Shown piece after piece: positions 9,960 through 19,448 of a stretch of DNA of 64,000 nucleotides. Made by a program: the position numbers and the translations under genes. How positions within the stretch are numbered: the first letter of the stretch is position 1; the number at the start of each line of letters is the position of its first letter. This DNA comes from Deltaproteobacteria bacterium (GTDB lineage: Bacteria > Myxococcota_A > UBA9042 > PHBI01), in the NCBI GenBank assembly GCA_006226565.1, contig SBGO01000716.1, positions 307-64,306 on the forward strand, in the 5' to 3' direction. The notes beneath the pieces were generated by a model. The model saw only the letters and a list, made by a program, of their open reading frames with translations. It did no database searches and was not told the origin of the DNA.

Positions 9960-10916
9960 TCACTCCACGAGCTGACGAATCCAAGCGCGAATGGTCGCGG
10001 TGGCCTCCTCCAACGGGATGCGCGGTCCCCAGAACATCGGGGCGATCTTCGCGTAGGCGCGCATCACGTGCTCGCGCTTGTCGTCGTCCTCGAGGACGAG
10101 TGACGGGGCGTCCGCCCTCGGAAGCGCTGCGATGTCGCCTTGCGCCAGCATGTCCTCGGCGAGTGCGAGCGCGCTTGTCTCGATCGCCGGAAGCTCGCCG
10201 ACGGCACGCACGATGCGGGCGGCGTCCTCGTAGTGGCGGACGAAGCTGTCGGCCTCGATCTGATCGCGCCCGTAGCGGCGCGCCATCGCGTCGAGCTTCT
10301 CGAGCAGCGTGACCAGCGGATGCACGCACCGGACGGCGCTCGGGCGATTGTCGAGATAGTCGACCAGCATCCCCTGGCGCTCGAGGTAGACGTGCACGAA
10401 GGACGTGATCGCCATCTCGACGAACGGCACGACCCGCGCACGCCCGACCTCGAAGCGCACGAACGGGCTCATCGCGCTTGGCAGGTCGCTGACGAGCGCG
10501 CCCGGGTAGTGGCCGAGGTAGTCCGCCGTTCGCGCGTACTTGTCTGGCCGCGCGGCGTCGAGCGACGCAGGCACCCCCGGGATCGCGAACGCATCGGCGA
10601 GGGCGTTGTAGAAGGCGCGGCGCTGGGCGACCCGCCCCTTGTGCGCGCTCGTCCAGCTCGCCACCTCCGGGAGGCTCACGACCGCGCCGCGCTCGATCAT
10701 CAGGTCGAGGTCCTCGGAGAAGCGCTCGATGAGGCCGAAGCCTTTCGAGAGGCTCGTCCCACCCTTGAACCAGACCTCGAGCCCGGTCTGGTGCAGCGCC
10801 CACAGGCAGTGGGTGACCCAGTAGTCCTTCTCGACCAGCGCCGCGTCGATGCCAGTCTCGCGGGCGACGAGCCGTAGCAGCTGTGCGAAGTCGCGGTCGT
10901 CGTGGACGAAGGTCAC
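9960..10916 (-). CDS. AbiEii/AbiGii-family nucleotidyltransferase toxin (DUF1814)
   Basis: VTHCLWALHQ...WFKGGTSLSKGFGLIERFSEDLDLM matches the AbiEii NTase core. The GTG start at 10916 overlaps the antitoxin stop as GTGA. The longer 490-aa ORF is an upstream extension. Confidence 0.8.
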   Translation of the reverse strand: MTFVHDDRDFAQLLRLVARETGIDAALVEKDYWVTHCLWALHQTGLEVWFKGGTSLSKGFGLIERFSEDLDLMIERGAVVSLPEVASWTSAHKGRVAQRRAFYNALADAFAIPGVPASLDAARPDKYARTADYLGHYPGALVSDLPSAMSPFVRFEVGRARVVPFVEMAITSFVHVYLERQGMLVDYLDNRPSAVRCVHPLVTLLEKLDAMARRYGRDQIEADSFVRHYEDAARIVRAVGELPAIETSALALAEDMLAQGDIAALPRADAPSLVLEDDDKREHVMRAYAKIAPMFWGPRIPLEEATATIRAWIRQLVE

Positions 10917-11497
10917 GCGGCAGCGGCCTCTGCGAGGGACGCCTCGACGAGCGCCCGCGTCTCCTTCGTGCCGTAGGCTTCGGCCATCGCCAAGAGCCGG
11001 CCTCGGTCCCAGCGTCCGGCGCGCAGCGTATCGACCAACGCCGCCCGCAGATCGCTCAGGGCAGCGCCTGCTGCCTCGTGATGCTGCAGCAGGTCGATGA
11101 CGAACCACTCCGGCTTGGGCGCGTCCGGGAAGTAGACGCGGCGCAGGATGAAGCGTCGCCCGTCGAGCGTGAACTCCCCCGTCCGCTTGGTGTTGTAGAC
11201 GAGCGTCGCGGCGAAGACGGCCGTCGAGCCGAGTCCGAGCGCGTTCCAGCGCGGTGGGCCGGTGACGAGGAACGGCGCGTCGTCGAGGAATGCCCGCAGC
11301 AGCTCCTCGTCCGCGGCGGGGGCCGGACCGAAACGGCTGGGCGTCGGCGCGTAATAGAGCCCATGCGCCGCCATGCGCAGCTTGCCCTCGTGGACCAGCC
11401 GCCGGGCGAGCCGCGTGGGGTTCTCTCCCCATCGTCGCAGGTCGCGGGTTCGGTACGCCCGTCCAGGGGCGAGGTTGGGTTCGATGGCAGCGCTCAC
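10913..11497 (-). CDS. AbiEi-family antitoxin / transcriptional regulator (type IV TA)
   Basis: About 190 aa with an N-terminal wHTH-like region. It sits immediately upstream of, and is translationally coupled to, the AbiEii gene. Confidence 0.7.
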   Translation of the reverse strand: MSAAIEPNLAPGRAYRTRDLRRWGENPTRLARRLVHEGKLRMAAHGLYYAPTPSRFGPAPAADEELLRAFLDDAPFLVTGPPRWNALGLGSTAVFAATLVYNTKRTGEFTLDGRRFILRRVYFPDAPKPEWFVIDLLQHHEAAGAALSDLRAALVDTLRAGRWDRGRLLAMAEAYGTKETRALVEASLAEAAAA

Positions 11498-11589
11498 GTC
11501 AACTCCGTATGAATTCTACCGGAGAAATCATACAGTCGTAGGTGGCCGGTGGCAAGGTGGACAACCACTGCCTCGTTCGAGCCGGGGGG

Positions 11590-12426
11590 CTACGTCCGTC
11601 GTTCCCGTGGCGGCGGCGCGCAGTGAGCGAGGATGACCTTCCAGCCGTTCCGCTTCGCCGCGGCGTCTCGAACGAGGCTGGCGATCTCGCCGGGCTCGAC
11701 TCGATCATCGCCGGTCCCGAAGCTGTCGCCGAGCTCGGCTGCGACCGCGATCCGCTCGCGCACTGTGGCCGCGCGCTCGATCACGCGGGAGTACGCTTCG
11801 CACGCGTAGGCGAAGTTCTCCCGCTGGCGGAAGTCGATGCCGAGGAGCCACTCACGGCGACGGGTCTCGGCGAGGCCGACCGAGCGCCGCTTGCAGTTGT
11901 GGAAGATGTGGGCCACCTCGTGGACCACGAAGTCGTCGAAGGGATCCTCCTCCTCGAAGTAGGCGGGGGTCACGAAGCAGGTCGTGTCCTGGCTCAGCCC
12001 GACGAGAAGTGGCGCGTCCTCGGCGAGCAGCTCAGCCCCGATTCCACCGAGATAGAGGTTGGCGAGGTTCCAGGCCGTCCGGTGCCAAGAGGTCTCGGAC
12101 AACACGTCACCGATGTTGGACGCCGTCAGGAAGACGACGGACCGCTCGACCAAGGCGAGCACGGCGTCCTGCTCTGCGCGGGGAAACAGACCGCGGATCA
12201 TCGGCTCGGTCTTCCGGCGTGTGAGGGACGTCACGTCGAGCTCACGCGTCGCATACGATTGGGGCCGGGAGCTGGCACGCCTCTGGACCTCCGCGACGAG
12301 CGCAGCCCTGAGGTCCTTGTGCGCCGCCCGCGAGCACTCGATGATGTCGCGGCCGGGCCACGCGGTGCCGAGCGTGTCGGTGTCGCCAGTCCGAAGGTAG
12401 CGTTCGATCTCGCTCGCGATGCTCAT
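11590..12426 (-). CDS. Hypothetical protein with an HExxH motif (possible ImmA/IrrE-like zinc metallopeptidase)
   Basis: The only recognisable element is HEVAHIFHN, resembling HEXXH of ImmA/IrrE. Confidence 0.35.
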   Translation of the reverse strand: MSIASEIERYLRTGDTDTLGTAWPGRDIIECSRAAHKDLRAALVAEVQRRASSRPQSYATRELDVTSLTRRKTEPMIRGLFPRAEQDAVLALVERSVVFLTASNIGDVLSETSWHRTAWNLANLYLGGIGAELLAEDAPLLVGLSQDTTCFVTPAYFEEEDPFDDFVVHEVAHIFHNCKRRSVGLAETRRREWLLGIDFRQRENFAYACEAYSRVIERAATVRERIAVAAELGDSFGTGDDRVEPGEIASLVRDAAAKRNGWKVILAHCAPPPRERRT

Positions 12427-12448
12427 CTCGGCGTCGTTCCTCGTGGGG

Positions 12449-12892
12449 TCAGAAAGGGATGTCGCCGTCGTCCAGCGTGTATGTCACCGCGGCCCCATTT
12501 TCGAGAGCGACGGGCTCGAGCTCGTCCCACGTCGTCCCGAAGGGGAAGTCGGCGGACGTGAAGTCCACGATGCAGGCGAACTCGTCGTCCCACACGGCCG
12601 CGTAGCCATCATCGTCCTGGTTCGTCGAGGTCTCCGCAGGCTTCTTCCGCGATGGACGGTTTCGGAGCGTCGTCCGGAGCCTCTCGACGTACGTCGGGTC
12701 GAGCGTGACTCCGAGCAGCTCGAGCTCCCTCAGGGCGCACCCGAGGTCGACTCCGAACCACGTCGCGTAGGTCCTGCACAGGTTCTTGCCCTGGTACTTC
12801 GGGATCCAGTGACGCGCTGACTGTAGGCGGGCGGGCCGCGCCATCCGCTTCCGCCGTGGCGGCAGGATCTGCTTCTTCTTTCGTCGCCCCAT
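12449..12892 (-). CDS. Hypothetical protein with a highly basic N-terminus
   Basis: N-terminus MGRRKKKQILPPRRKRMARPARLQ. No recognisable domain. In an operon with the HExxH gene. Confidence 0.4.
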   Translation of the reverse strand: MGRRKKKQILPPRRKRMARPARLQSARHWIPKYQGKNLCRTYATWFGVDLGCALRELELLGVTLDPTYVERLRTTLRNRPSRKKPAETSTNQDDDGYAAVWDDEFACIVDFTSADFPFGTTWDELEPVALENGAAVTYTLDDGDIPF

Positions 12893-13078
12893 CTCGGCCT
12901 CCCGAGCGTGACGGTAGCGCGCTTCGTCCCGACTTCGTCAAGCTCGGGAGCGGGCCGCAAAGCTTCGGGCCGGTGACGAGGCGTCGTCGTATCCGATATA
13001 GATGAGCAATGAGGTGCTTGGCGCCGGGAGCCGCGTCACGCGGTCGGACGACCGAGGCCCATAGAGGACCATGCAGCC

Positions 13079-14455
13079 GTGACCACCGATCCTACCGGAT
13101 CCTCCGACGGCGATGCGGTGGCTGTGACCGTCGCGGCTGACGGTCGGCCGGTGGTGCGGTGCGCGATCTACACGCGGCAGTCCGTGGCCCATGGCAACGA
13201 GGACCTCACGTCCTGCGACGTTCAGCGGGAGCGGTGCGGCTACTACGTCAGCGCCATGAAGTACGAGGGCTGGGTCCTGCTCCCCGAGCGCTTCGATGAC
13301 CTCGGCGTCTCGGGCGCTACCCTCGAGCGGCCGGCCCTCGAACGCCTGCGTTCCCTCTGTGTACAAGGGCGGCTCGATGTCGTCGTCGTCACGCGGCTCG
13401 ACCGCCTGACGAGGCGCATGGCGGACTGGGCCCGCCTCTCGGACTGGTTCAAGCGGGCCGGTGTCGACCTGGTGATTGTCGACGGGAACGCGGGCGCCAG
13501 CGGACCGCTCGCCAGCCTCGTCAACAACGTCGTCGCCAGCTTCGCCGAGTTCGAGCGCGAGCTCGTCAGCGAGCGCCAACGCGACGCACGAGGGCGGGCC
13601 CGCGCCCGCGGTCTCCGCACGGCCGGTCGCGTCCCCCTCGGCTACGCGTCCGATCCCAACACGAAGCAGCTCGTCATCAACGAGCGCGAAGCACCCATCG
13701 TCCGCGAGTTCTTTGAGCGCTCCGCTGCTGGCGAGTCGGGCGCCCAGATCGCCGCGTGGGCGAACGCCGAAGGTCACCGGACCAAGGTCCACGCAGGCAA
13801 GGGCGGCGTCCTGTGGACGGGCAGGGCGGTCCTCCAGATCCTGCGAAACCCGCTCTACCTTGGCCGCCGTTCCCACCAGGCGGCCACCGTCAAGGGCGTC
13901 CATGACGCCATCGTCGACGCCAAGCTCGCTGAGCGAGCCCTTGACGCCATCGACGCCCGCCGGACACGCAGCCCGAGCTCGCGCGGGCGGGCGCCGAACC
14001 TTGACAACGACCCCTGGATGCTTCGCGGCATCCTCCGCTGCGGCGGCTGCGGCCGCCTCATGACGACCAGCGCGTCGGCCAGGGTCACCCTCGCGAACGC
14101 CGACGACGTCCCGCGCTACTACCGCTGTCGCGGTGAAGTCGGCCGGCCGGCCTGTCGTCCCGCCGTCCAGGTCGCCGCTCATCGTGTCGAAGGCCAGGTC
14201 ATCAGCCGGCTGTGCCTTCCCCAGTCCGTGTGGACCGACAACCCGAGGGCGCGCGCCTTCCTCCGGCTGCTCGCCCCCGAGTGGCCGCGGCTCGACACCG
14301 CCACGCGGAACCGCCTGGTCCGCCGCCTCCTGTGGACCATCACCTTGCACCCGCACAGGCGCTTTGCGAGCCTGACCGTGGACGAGCTCGGCGCCGACGC
14401 CCTCATCGAGGAGAACCCCGGCCTCGCCGCCGGGTTCCCACCTCGAGGCGTCTGA
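13079..14455 (+). CDS. Large serine recombinase (resolvase catalytic domain, recombinase domain and zinc-ribbon domain)
   Basis: Catalytic motif VRCAIYTRQS with DVQRERC, and a C-terminal Cys cluster LRCGGCGRL...YRCRGEVGRPAC. Confidence 0.85.
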   Translation: MTTDPTGSSDGDAVAVTVAADGRPVVRCAIYTRQSVAHGNEDLTSCDVQRERCGYYVSAMKYEGWVLLPERFDDLGVSGATLERPALERLRSLCVQGRLDVVVVTRLDRLTRRMADWARLSDWFKRAGVDLVIVDGNAGASGPLASLVNNVVASFAEFERELVSERQRDARGRARARGLRTAGRVPLGYASDPNTKQLVINEREAPIVREFFERSAAGESGAQIAAWANAEGHRTKVHAGKGGVLWTGRAVLQILRNPLYLGRRSHQAATVKGVHDAIVDAKLAERALDAIDARRTRSPSSRGRAPNLDNDPWMLRGILRCGGCGRLMTTSASARVTLANADDVPRYYRCRGEVGRPACRPAVQVAAHRVEGQVISRLCLPQSVWTDNPRARAFLRLLAPEWPRLDTATRNRLVRRLLWTITLHPHRRFASLTVDELGADALIEENPGLAAGFPPRGV

Positions 14456-14813
14456 GCCCGCGTCTCGGGACCGCACTGGTCGGTCTCAGAGCAGAGGTGG
14501 ATACTATTCGCGCCCCGGGAGCCCAAGACGGACCGCGACGGCGAGACGAAGAAAGCGAGGGCCGGATGTCCCGTTCTGAGCTTGCTAACCTTGTGCTCTG
14601 GGGCTGCTAAACGCCTCAGAGGCGTCTCCAAGCGTCTCTCGGGCCACGAGGGACCAGAGAACCCGGTCGACCGACCGGTCAGCGTCGGTCCGGTGCTCTG
14701 ACGCTCGGACCACCAAGATCCCACGCCGCGCCCAGCCACCAGCGCAACCTCGCGAACGAACACCAGAAACACGAAACCCCTCGCCAGCGACGCTGACGAG
14801 GGGCGTGTAAAGC

Positions 14814-14852
14814 GAAACGCCCAGGCATTGCTGCCTGGGCGTCTCGTGGCTC
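14814..14852 (+). repeat. 39-bp direct repeat, copy 2 (gaaacgcccaggcattgctgcCtgggcgtctcgtggctc)
   Basis: 38 of 39 identities with 9632..9670, same orientation. Confidence 0.8.
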
Positions 14853-15085
14853 CGCAAAGGCACGGCGTGACCAACGCCTCGACGCGAGGGCAGGGGACGG
14901 GTGCAACTCGGGGGCAGCAAGGAACATAGAACGACACAGTATCTCAAAGGGAGCGCCCGACGGGCTGCAGAATGGGAGCCCACCGTCACCATGTTAGGAG
15001 CGGTTTCCGGACACGCTGTCGTGCGCCATGACGCGGGCGTGTGATATCGCTACAAGGTGCGTCGATCACGCCTGCACGGGAGCTC

Positions 15086-18000
15086 ATGGTGTCGCGACCG
15101 ACCCTTGTCATCCAGACCGTCTACTTTCACCCGAGTGATCGCCCGCTGGCTCAGGACCTCGGGGGGCTGCTTTACGAGCACCTGACGCGACCACGTGCCG
15201 ATCGCCTGGCGTTCGGCGGTGGAATCCCGGTCCTCATCGCGACTGATACAACTCACGTCGACACGGACGTCGCCTCGCACCTGCTCATCGTGCCGGTCTT
15301 GGGCGCCAGTTCCTTCAGAGACGAGGACTGCCGGCAGGTCGCGAAAGCCAGCGTCCAGACCTGGCACCAGCACCTCGGTCCTGGCCACGTCGTCCCGGTA
15401 TTCGCCTCGGCGAACTGGCGCAGCGAGGAGTCCGAATTCCCCGGGAAGTCCGTGTTGACGCGCCTCTACTCCGATCAGGACGGGACCTGGACAAACACCC
15501 TGATCGAGGTCGTCCTCGCCGCCTGCCGCTTGCTCGCCGGCCCCGCGCTGTCGCTGAGGCTCTTCATCTCTCACGCGAAGCGGGACCTGGCGGGCACAGG
15601 TGACGTCGCGGCGTTGATTCGGGACTTCGCGAAGTCGGCGACGACGGGGCTTGCCTTCTTCGATACGACGGACCTCGAACCCGGTCACGACCTGGCCCAT
15701 CAGCTTGCGACCGCCACGCAATCGGGGGTCTTCGTAGCCATTCACAGCGACACGTACGCGGCCCGCTCGTGGTGCCAGCGCGAGCTCCAGTGGGCCAAGG
15801 AGAACGCGCTCCCAACCCTCACTGTCGAGGTTATGAAGGCTGGTGAGCCGCGCAGCTATCCGTATAGCGGCAACGGACCCACGCTCACCTGGAGGGACAG
15901 TCCGCCAACGGTCGTCCTCCAAGCATTCATCGAGTGGCTCAAAGCGGCGCACTTCAAGCAAGAGGCCGAGCGCATGGCGCACGACCTTCCCCAGCACGTC
16001 GTGCTCACGCGTCCGCCGGAGTTGTTCGATCTCGCGTTCGGGAAACTCCGATCCAAGGGGCCCCGCGTCGTCCTGCACCCCGATCCTGAGCTATCCGCCA
16101 ATGAGCGGCAGGTCCTGCGTGAGGCCCGACCACGCCTTCGCCTCGTGACACCTCGCACCCTGTTTCGCCGCTTGACCCCTAGCGACACCGTGGAGCCGCA
16201 GAAGCTCCCCCTCTACAGGAGGCAGATCGCCCTCTCGTTGTCCGACAGCCCCGCGGCCAACGGCGACGCCGGCTTCACGTCCGACCACATCGATGACGCG
16301 ATCACGTACCTGGCCCGAAGCATAGTCGCTGCAGGCGGTGCAATTGCGTACGGCGGCGACTTCCGCAGTAGCGGCTTCGACGAGCTGCTTGCCGAGCTTG
16401 TCGTCGCCTATAATGAGTCTGGCGTCGACCGTGCTGACTACCTTCATAGCTACCTCGCCGCGCTGATACCCTCCGACAAGATTCCCGAAGACCTTGCGCT
16501 CACCGACTGCTCTCTGAATTGGACGCCGAGATTCGCGAAGCTGGCGCGCCTGAGCTGGCCCGACGAGAAGCCGGGCGCCCATCGCAGCGCGCTCTACTTC
16601 TCCGACATGCGCCGCGTTATGGGCGAGGCCATCTTTGCCCGCGTCGCACTGGCCGGGCAGGACCGTCCGCGGAGTTCAAGGGAACCCGGCTACGGCGGAC
16701 CATTCCCGGGAGTGGTCGAGGAGGCGTGGCGAGCCCTGGAACAGCGGAAGCCGCTCTACGTGGTGGGGGGCTTCGGTGGCGCAGCCGCGCTCGTGGCCGA
16801 GCTGCTGACCTCGGACGAAACCCCACTGCTCATGCGGCGCGAGACCTTTGGGGGCGAAGAGTACTCGGAGTTCCAGGAGCGCTGTGACCTGGTTGTGGCG
16901 GATCCGGACACTGTGAGGCTCGGGCTCCCGCCGGACATGGCCGCACTGTCGGCAGCCGTGCGCGCGTTCGGCAAGGGGCACCTCGCGTCGGACGCCGCGT
17001 CGCTCGCTTGGAACGGCCTGACCGTCGTCGAAAACGAGGAGCTGTTTCGGACCCGCGATCCAGTGGCGATCACCCAGCTCGTCATGAAGGGGCTGCTCGC
17101 CTGCGTCGCGAAGGAAGATGCGGACAAGCTCAAGATCGAGCTAGTGTGTGGCAGCATCACCCAGGCAGAAGAGGCCGACGCCATCGCTATCGCGGCGTTC
17201 GACGACGTTCGCATCGGCGGAGCGGGCGCCTCCCTCGACGCGATGCTCTCCTACCTTGTCACCAGCGCCGTCGCGCAACGCGAGCAAATCGTCGACATCG
17301 AGAGCCCTGACATCGACGCCGAGTGGCTCGTCATCCCCGATCTTGGCAGCGTCGGGGCCGGCGATCTCTCCCCCATCCCTGAGGCCATCGAACGGGCCGC
17401 AGCTGGCGTTGCGAACATCGCGACCCGCCACCAGTTTCGTCGCATCGCAGTCGTCGCCTTCGGCGGGACCGTAGTCGACCTGAGCATTGCGGCGGAGCGC
17501 ATGATCCGCGGCTTTCGCGACCTCCACACCTCGACGGTCATCCAATGGTTCGAGCTCGATCCAGGCCGATTCGATGACCTCAGACAGATGTTGGAGAGCC
17601 AGGACAACGTCGCGCTGAGCACGCGTGTCCTGCCATCGCCACCGCTCGAAGAGACGGCCACGTCGCGTGATCGCGATCTGGTCGTGACGGTGCGTTACGA
17701 GGGCGGACACCTCCATACGACGCTGCTCCCACCTGCCGGAACGGCCGCCGCGGTCGCGTGCGTCCGGCCGCTGGCGATGGACGCCTTCGCCGACCTCGCG
17801 AAGTCCGACGCGCCCCGTGCGCCAACGCTCGGCCAGCTTGATGCAATCGGTGAGAAGCTCGCTGAAGCGCTCTTCGACGAGGCCGGGCACGACCTGTTCG
17901 GACGCGGCAGGCTGGACCGCGTCCTCGTTCAGCACGACCTCGACAGCGCGCCCCTTCCATTCGAGGCGCTCCGTGTTGCAGACCATCGCTTCGCCCTCGA

Positions 18001-18697
18001 GAAGGGCCTCGTGCGCCGCCCGGCACTAACGGGGTTGAGTCTTGGGGACATCACGCGGCTCCCGCAGCACAGCGGGAGCCTCAATGTTCTCCTCGTCGTG
18101 AACCCAACGGAGGACCTCGCCGCGACTGAAGTTGAGGGCGACGCCGTGAAGCGTGCCCTTCTGGCGATGGGCGAGAGCATCGTGAGGGTCACCGAGCTGC
18201 GCGGACCGGAGGCCACGAAGGAACGCGTATTGGCCGCGCTGACGGAGCCGACTCTCGACGTCCTCCACTACAGCGGCCACGCTTTCTACGACGGCCCAGG
18301 GCCGGACGGCAGCGGGCTCTGGTGCTCGAGCCCGACAGGCCCCACGAAGCTCCTACTGGTGGATATCGCCCAGGAGCGAATCACGCCACGCATCACGTTC
18401 TTCAATGGCTGCCAGTCCGCGCGCCTCAGAAATCGAACCGCTGCCGAATCCGCGCGGGCCTTCGCCGAGTTCTTCCTCCGAAGTGGCGTCGAAGCCTACA
18501 TCGGCACCACGTGGCCCGTCGCTGACGACGCCGCAGCCTCGTTCGCAACGTCGGTGTACGCCGAACTTGCGGGAGGCGCGACGCTCGACGCTGCGGTACG
18601 CTCCGCCCGTCAGCAACTAGCTGTGAACGGCGAGCCCGACTGGGCCAACTACGTTCTCTATGGAGATGGGAGCTTTCGCCTGGTGACGTCGCGGTGA
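15086..18697 (+). CDS. Multidomain TIR plus LOG/SLOG-like plus CHAT (caspase-like protease) protein; candidate Thoeris-type sensor-effector
   Basis: (a) TIR: LFISHAKRDLAGTGDVAALIRDF...SWCQRELQWA, preceded by a second TIR-like segment VIQTVYFHPSD. (b) LOG/SLOG Rossmann glycine motifs: IAYGGDFRSSGFDELLAELVVAY and LYVVGGFGGAAALVAELL, resembling LOG VFGGG...G and PGGxGTxEEL. (c) CHAT His-Cys dyad: LDVLHYSGHAFYD and ITFFNGCQSARL. Start chosen at ATG 15086, which has a GGGAG ribosome-binding site, rather than GTG 15041. Confidence 0.75.
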   Translation: MVSRPTLVIQTVYFHPSDRPLAQDLGGLLYEHLTRPRADRLAFGGGIPVLIATDTTHVDTDVASHLLIVPVLGASSFRDEDCRQVAKASVQTWHQHLGPGHVVPVFASANWRSEESEFPGKSVLTRLYSDQDGTWTNTLIEVVLAACRLLAGPALSLRLFISHAKRDLAGTGDVAALIRDFAKSATTGLAFFDTTDLEPGHDLAHQLATATQSGVFVAIHSDTYAARSWCQRELQWAKENALPTLTVEVMKAGEPRSYPYSGNGPTLTWRDSPPTVVLQAFIEWLKAAHFKQEAERMAHDLPQHVVLTRPPELFDLAFGKLRSKGPRVVLHPDPELSANERQVLREARPRLRLVTPRTLFRRLTPSDTVEPQKLPLYRRQIALSLSDSPAANGDAGFTSDHIDDAITYLARSIVAAGGAIAYGGDFRSSGFDELLAELVVAYNESGVDRADYLHSYLAALIPSDKIPEDLALTDCSLNWTPRFAKLARLSWPDEKPGAHRSALYFSDMRRVMGEAIFARVALAGQDRPRSSREPGYGGPFPGVVEEAWRALEQRKPLYVVGGFGGAAALVAELLTSDETPLLMRRETFGGEEYSEFQERCDLVVADPDTVRLGLPPDMAALSAAVRAFGKGHLASDAASLAWNGLTVVENEELFRTRDPVAITQLVMKGLLACVAKEDADKLKIELVCGSITQAEEADAIAIAAFDDVRIGGAGASLDAMLSYLVTSAVAQREQIVDIESPDIDAEWLVIPDLGSVGAGDLSPIPEAIERAAAGVANIATRHQFRRIAVVAFGGTVVDLSIAAERMIRGFRDLHTSTVIQWFELDPGRFDDLRQMLESQDNVALSTRVLPSPPLEETATSRDRDLVVTVRYEGGHLHTTLLPPAGTAAAVACVRPLAMDAFADLAKSDAPRAPTLGQLDAIGEKLAEALFDEAGHDLFGRGRLDRVLVQHDLDSAPLPFEALRVADHRFALEKGLVRRPALTGLSLGDITRLPQHSGSLNVLLVVNPTEDLAATEVEGDAVKRALLAMGESIVRVTELRGPEATKERVLAALTEPTLDVLHYSGHAFYDGPGPDGSGLWCSSPTGPTKLLLVDIAQERITPRITFFNGCQSARLRNRTAAESARAFAEFFLRSGVEAYIGTTWPVADDAAASFATSVYAELAGGATLDAAVRSARQQLAVNGEPDWANYVLYGDGSFRLVTSR

Positions 18698-18837
18698 TGT
18701 CTCGCCAAGGCGTCGGGACTCCGCGACAGGTGGAACCTCGCCGGCTGGCGCGTTGACATGCGTACAACAGCGCTGCAATCTCAGCCTGATGTCGCGCTCC
18801 GGATGCGCGATAGCTCGCGCACGGAAGGGGAAGTACA

Positions 18838-19425
18838 ATGACCACGCGCCACAAGGTGTTCATCAGCTACCATCACGCTCTGGACCAGCAGTACAAGAAC
18901 GACTTGGTCCGTTACTACGCCGACCGGGTGGACGGATTCGTCGATCGGTCCGTCGGGATCGGGGATATCGACGATTCCGTGTCCACAGAGCGCATCGCGC
19001 AACTGATTCGCGAGAAACACCTGAGGGACTCGACGGTGACCGTTGTGCTGATCGGGGCTGGAACGTGGAGACGCAAGCACGTCGATTGGGAGATTTACAG
19101 TAGCCTCCGCGCTACAAGTGCCAGTCCTCGAAGTGGTCTTCTCGGCATCTTGCTCCCTACGTATCAGATTCCATGGGGGGCGACTGGAACCCAACAGTGG
19201 ACCCAGCCTGCTACCGCCTACTACTGGCCGAACAACATCCCTCCGCGTCTCTGGGACAATGTGGCGACGGGCTTCGCAAAGGTGCGGCCGTGGCCTTCGT
19301 CCGGCCAGCAGCTGCAGGAGTGGATTCACGAGGCGTACCTGCGACGTGACGCCAACCCGGCGCCAACACTGGCCCGTGACCGATTCCGAAACAACCGGCC
19401 CGATGTGCAGAGCGGTTGGCAGTAG
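18838..19425 (+). CDS. thsB: ThsB-like TIR-domain protein (DUF1863-type), paralog 1
   Basis: HKVFISYHHALDQQYKND...STVTVVLIGAGTWRRKHVDWEI closely matches Bacillus cereus ThsB (RVFFSFHYQD...TSVTCVLIGSQTFNRRWVRYEI). Confidence 0.75.
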   Translation: MTTRHKVFISYHHALDQQYKNDLVRYYADRVDGFVDRSVGIGDIDDSVSTERIAQLIREKHLRDSTVTVVLIGAGTWRRKHVDWEIYSSLRATSASPRSGLLGILLPTYQIPWGATGTQQWTQPATAYYWPNNIPPRLWDNVATGFAKVRPWPSSGQQLQEWIHEAYLRRDANPAPTLARDRFRNNRPDVQSGWQ

Positions 19426-19448
19426 CCTCGACAAGTCGCAGGGCTGTC

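Larger units (their letters stand above)
9632..14852. mobile_element. Candidate small integrative cassette bounded by the 39-bp direct repeats (AbiEi/AbiEii, HExxH protein, basic protein, large serine recombinase)
   Basis: Direct repeats at both ends, a recombinase at the right edge, and TA cargo. The alternative, that the repeat is a REP/terminator-type element, cannot be excluded. Confidence 0.3.

Noticed and set aside
9590-9960. tRNA gene as integration target near the recombinase cassette
   Set aside because: No T-arm GTTCRA motif or acceptor-stem/CCA pattern is recognisable by eye near either repeat copy. tRNAscan would be needed to be certain.
9960-11432. 490-aa ORF covering the AbiEii gene plus 516 nt upstream
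   Set aside because: The upstream 172 codons are low-complexity and overlap the antitoxin gene in another frame. Conserved toxin sequence begins at GTG 10916, which overlaps the antitoxin stop.
9632-14852. Treating the 39-bp direct repeats as bona fide attL/attR of the serine recombinase
   Set aside because: Serine integrases normally leave only a short crossover core and no long duplication. The repeat is a strong hairpin in terminator-like positions. Reported as a candidate cassette at low confidence, with REP-like element as the alternative.
15041-15085. GTG start at 15041 for the TIR-SLOG-CHAT gene
   Set aside because: The ATG at 15086 is preceded by a GGGAG ribosome-binding site at appropriate spacing. 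The 15 extra codons add nothing conserved. Either start is possible.
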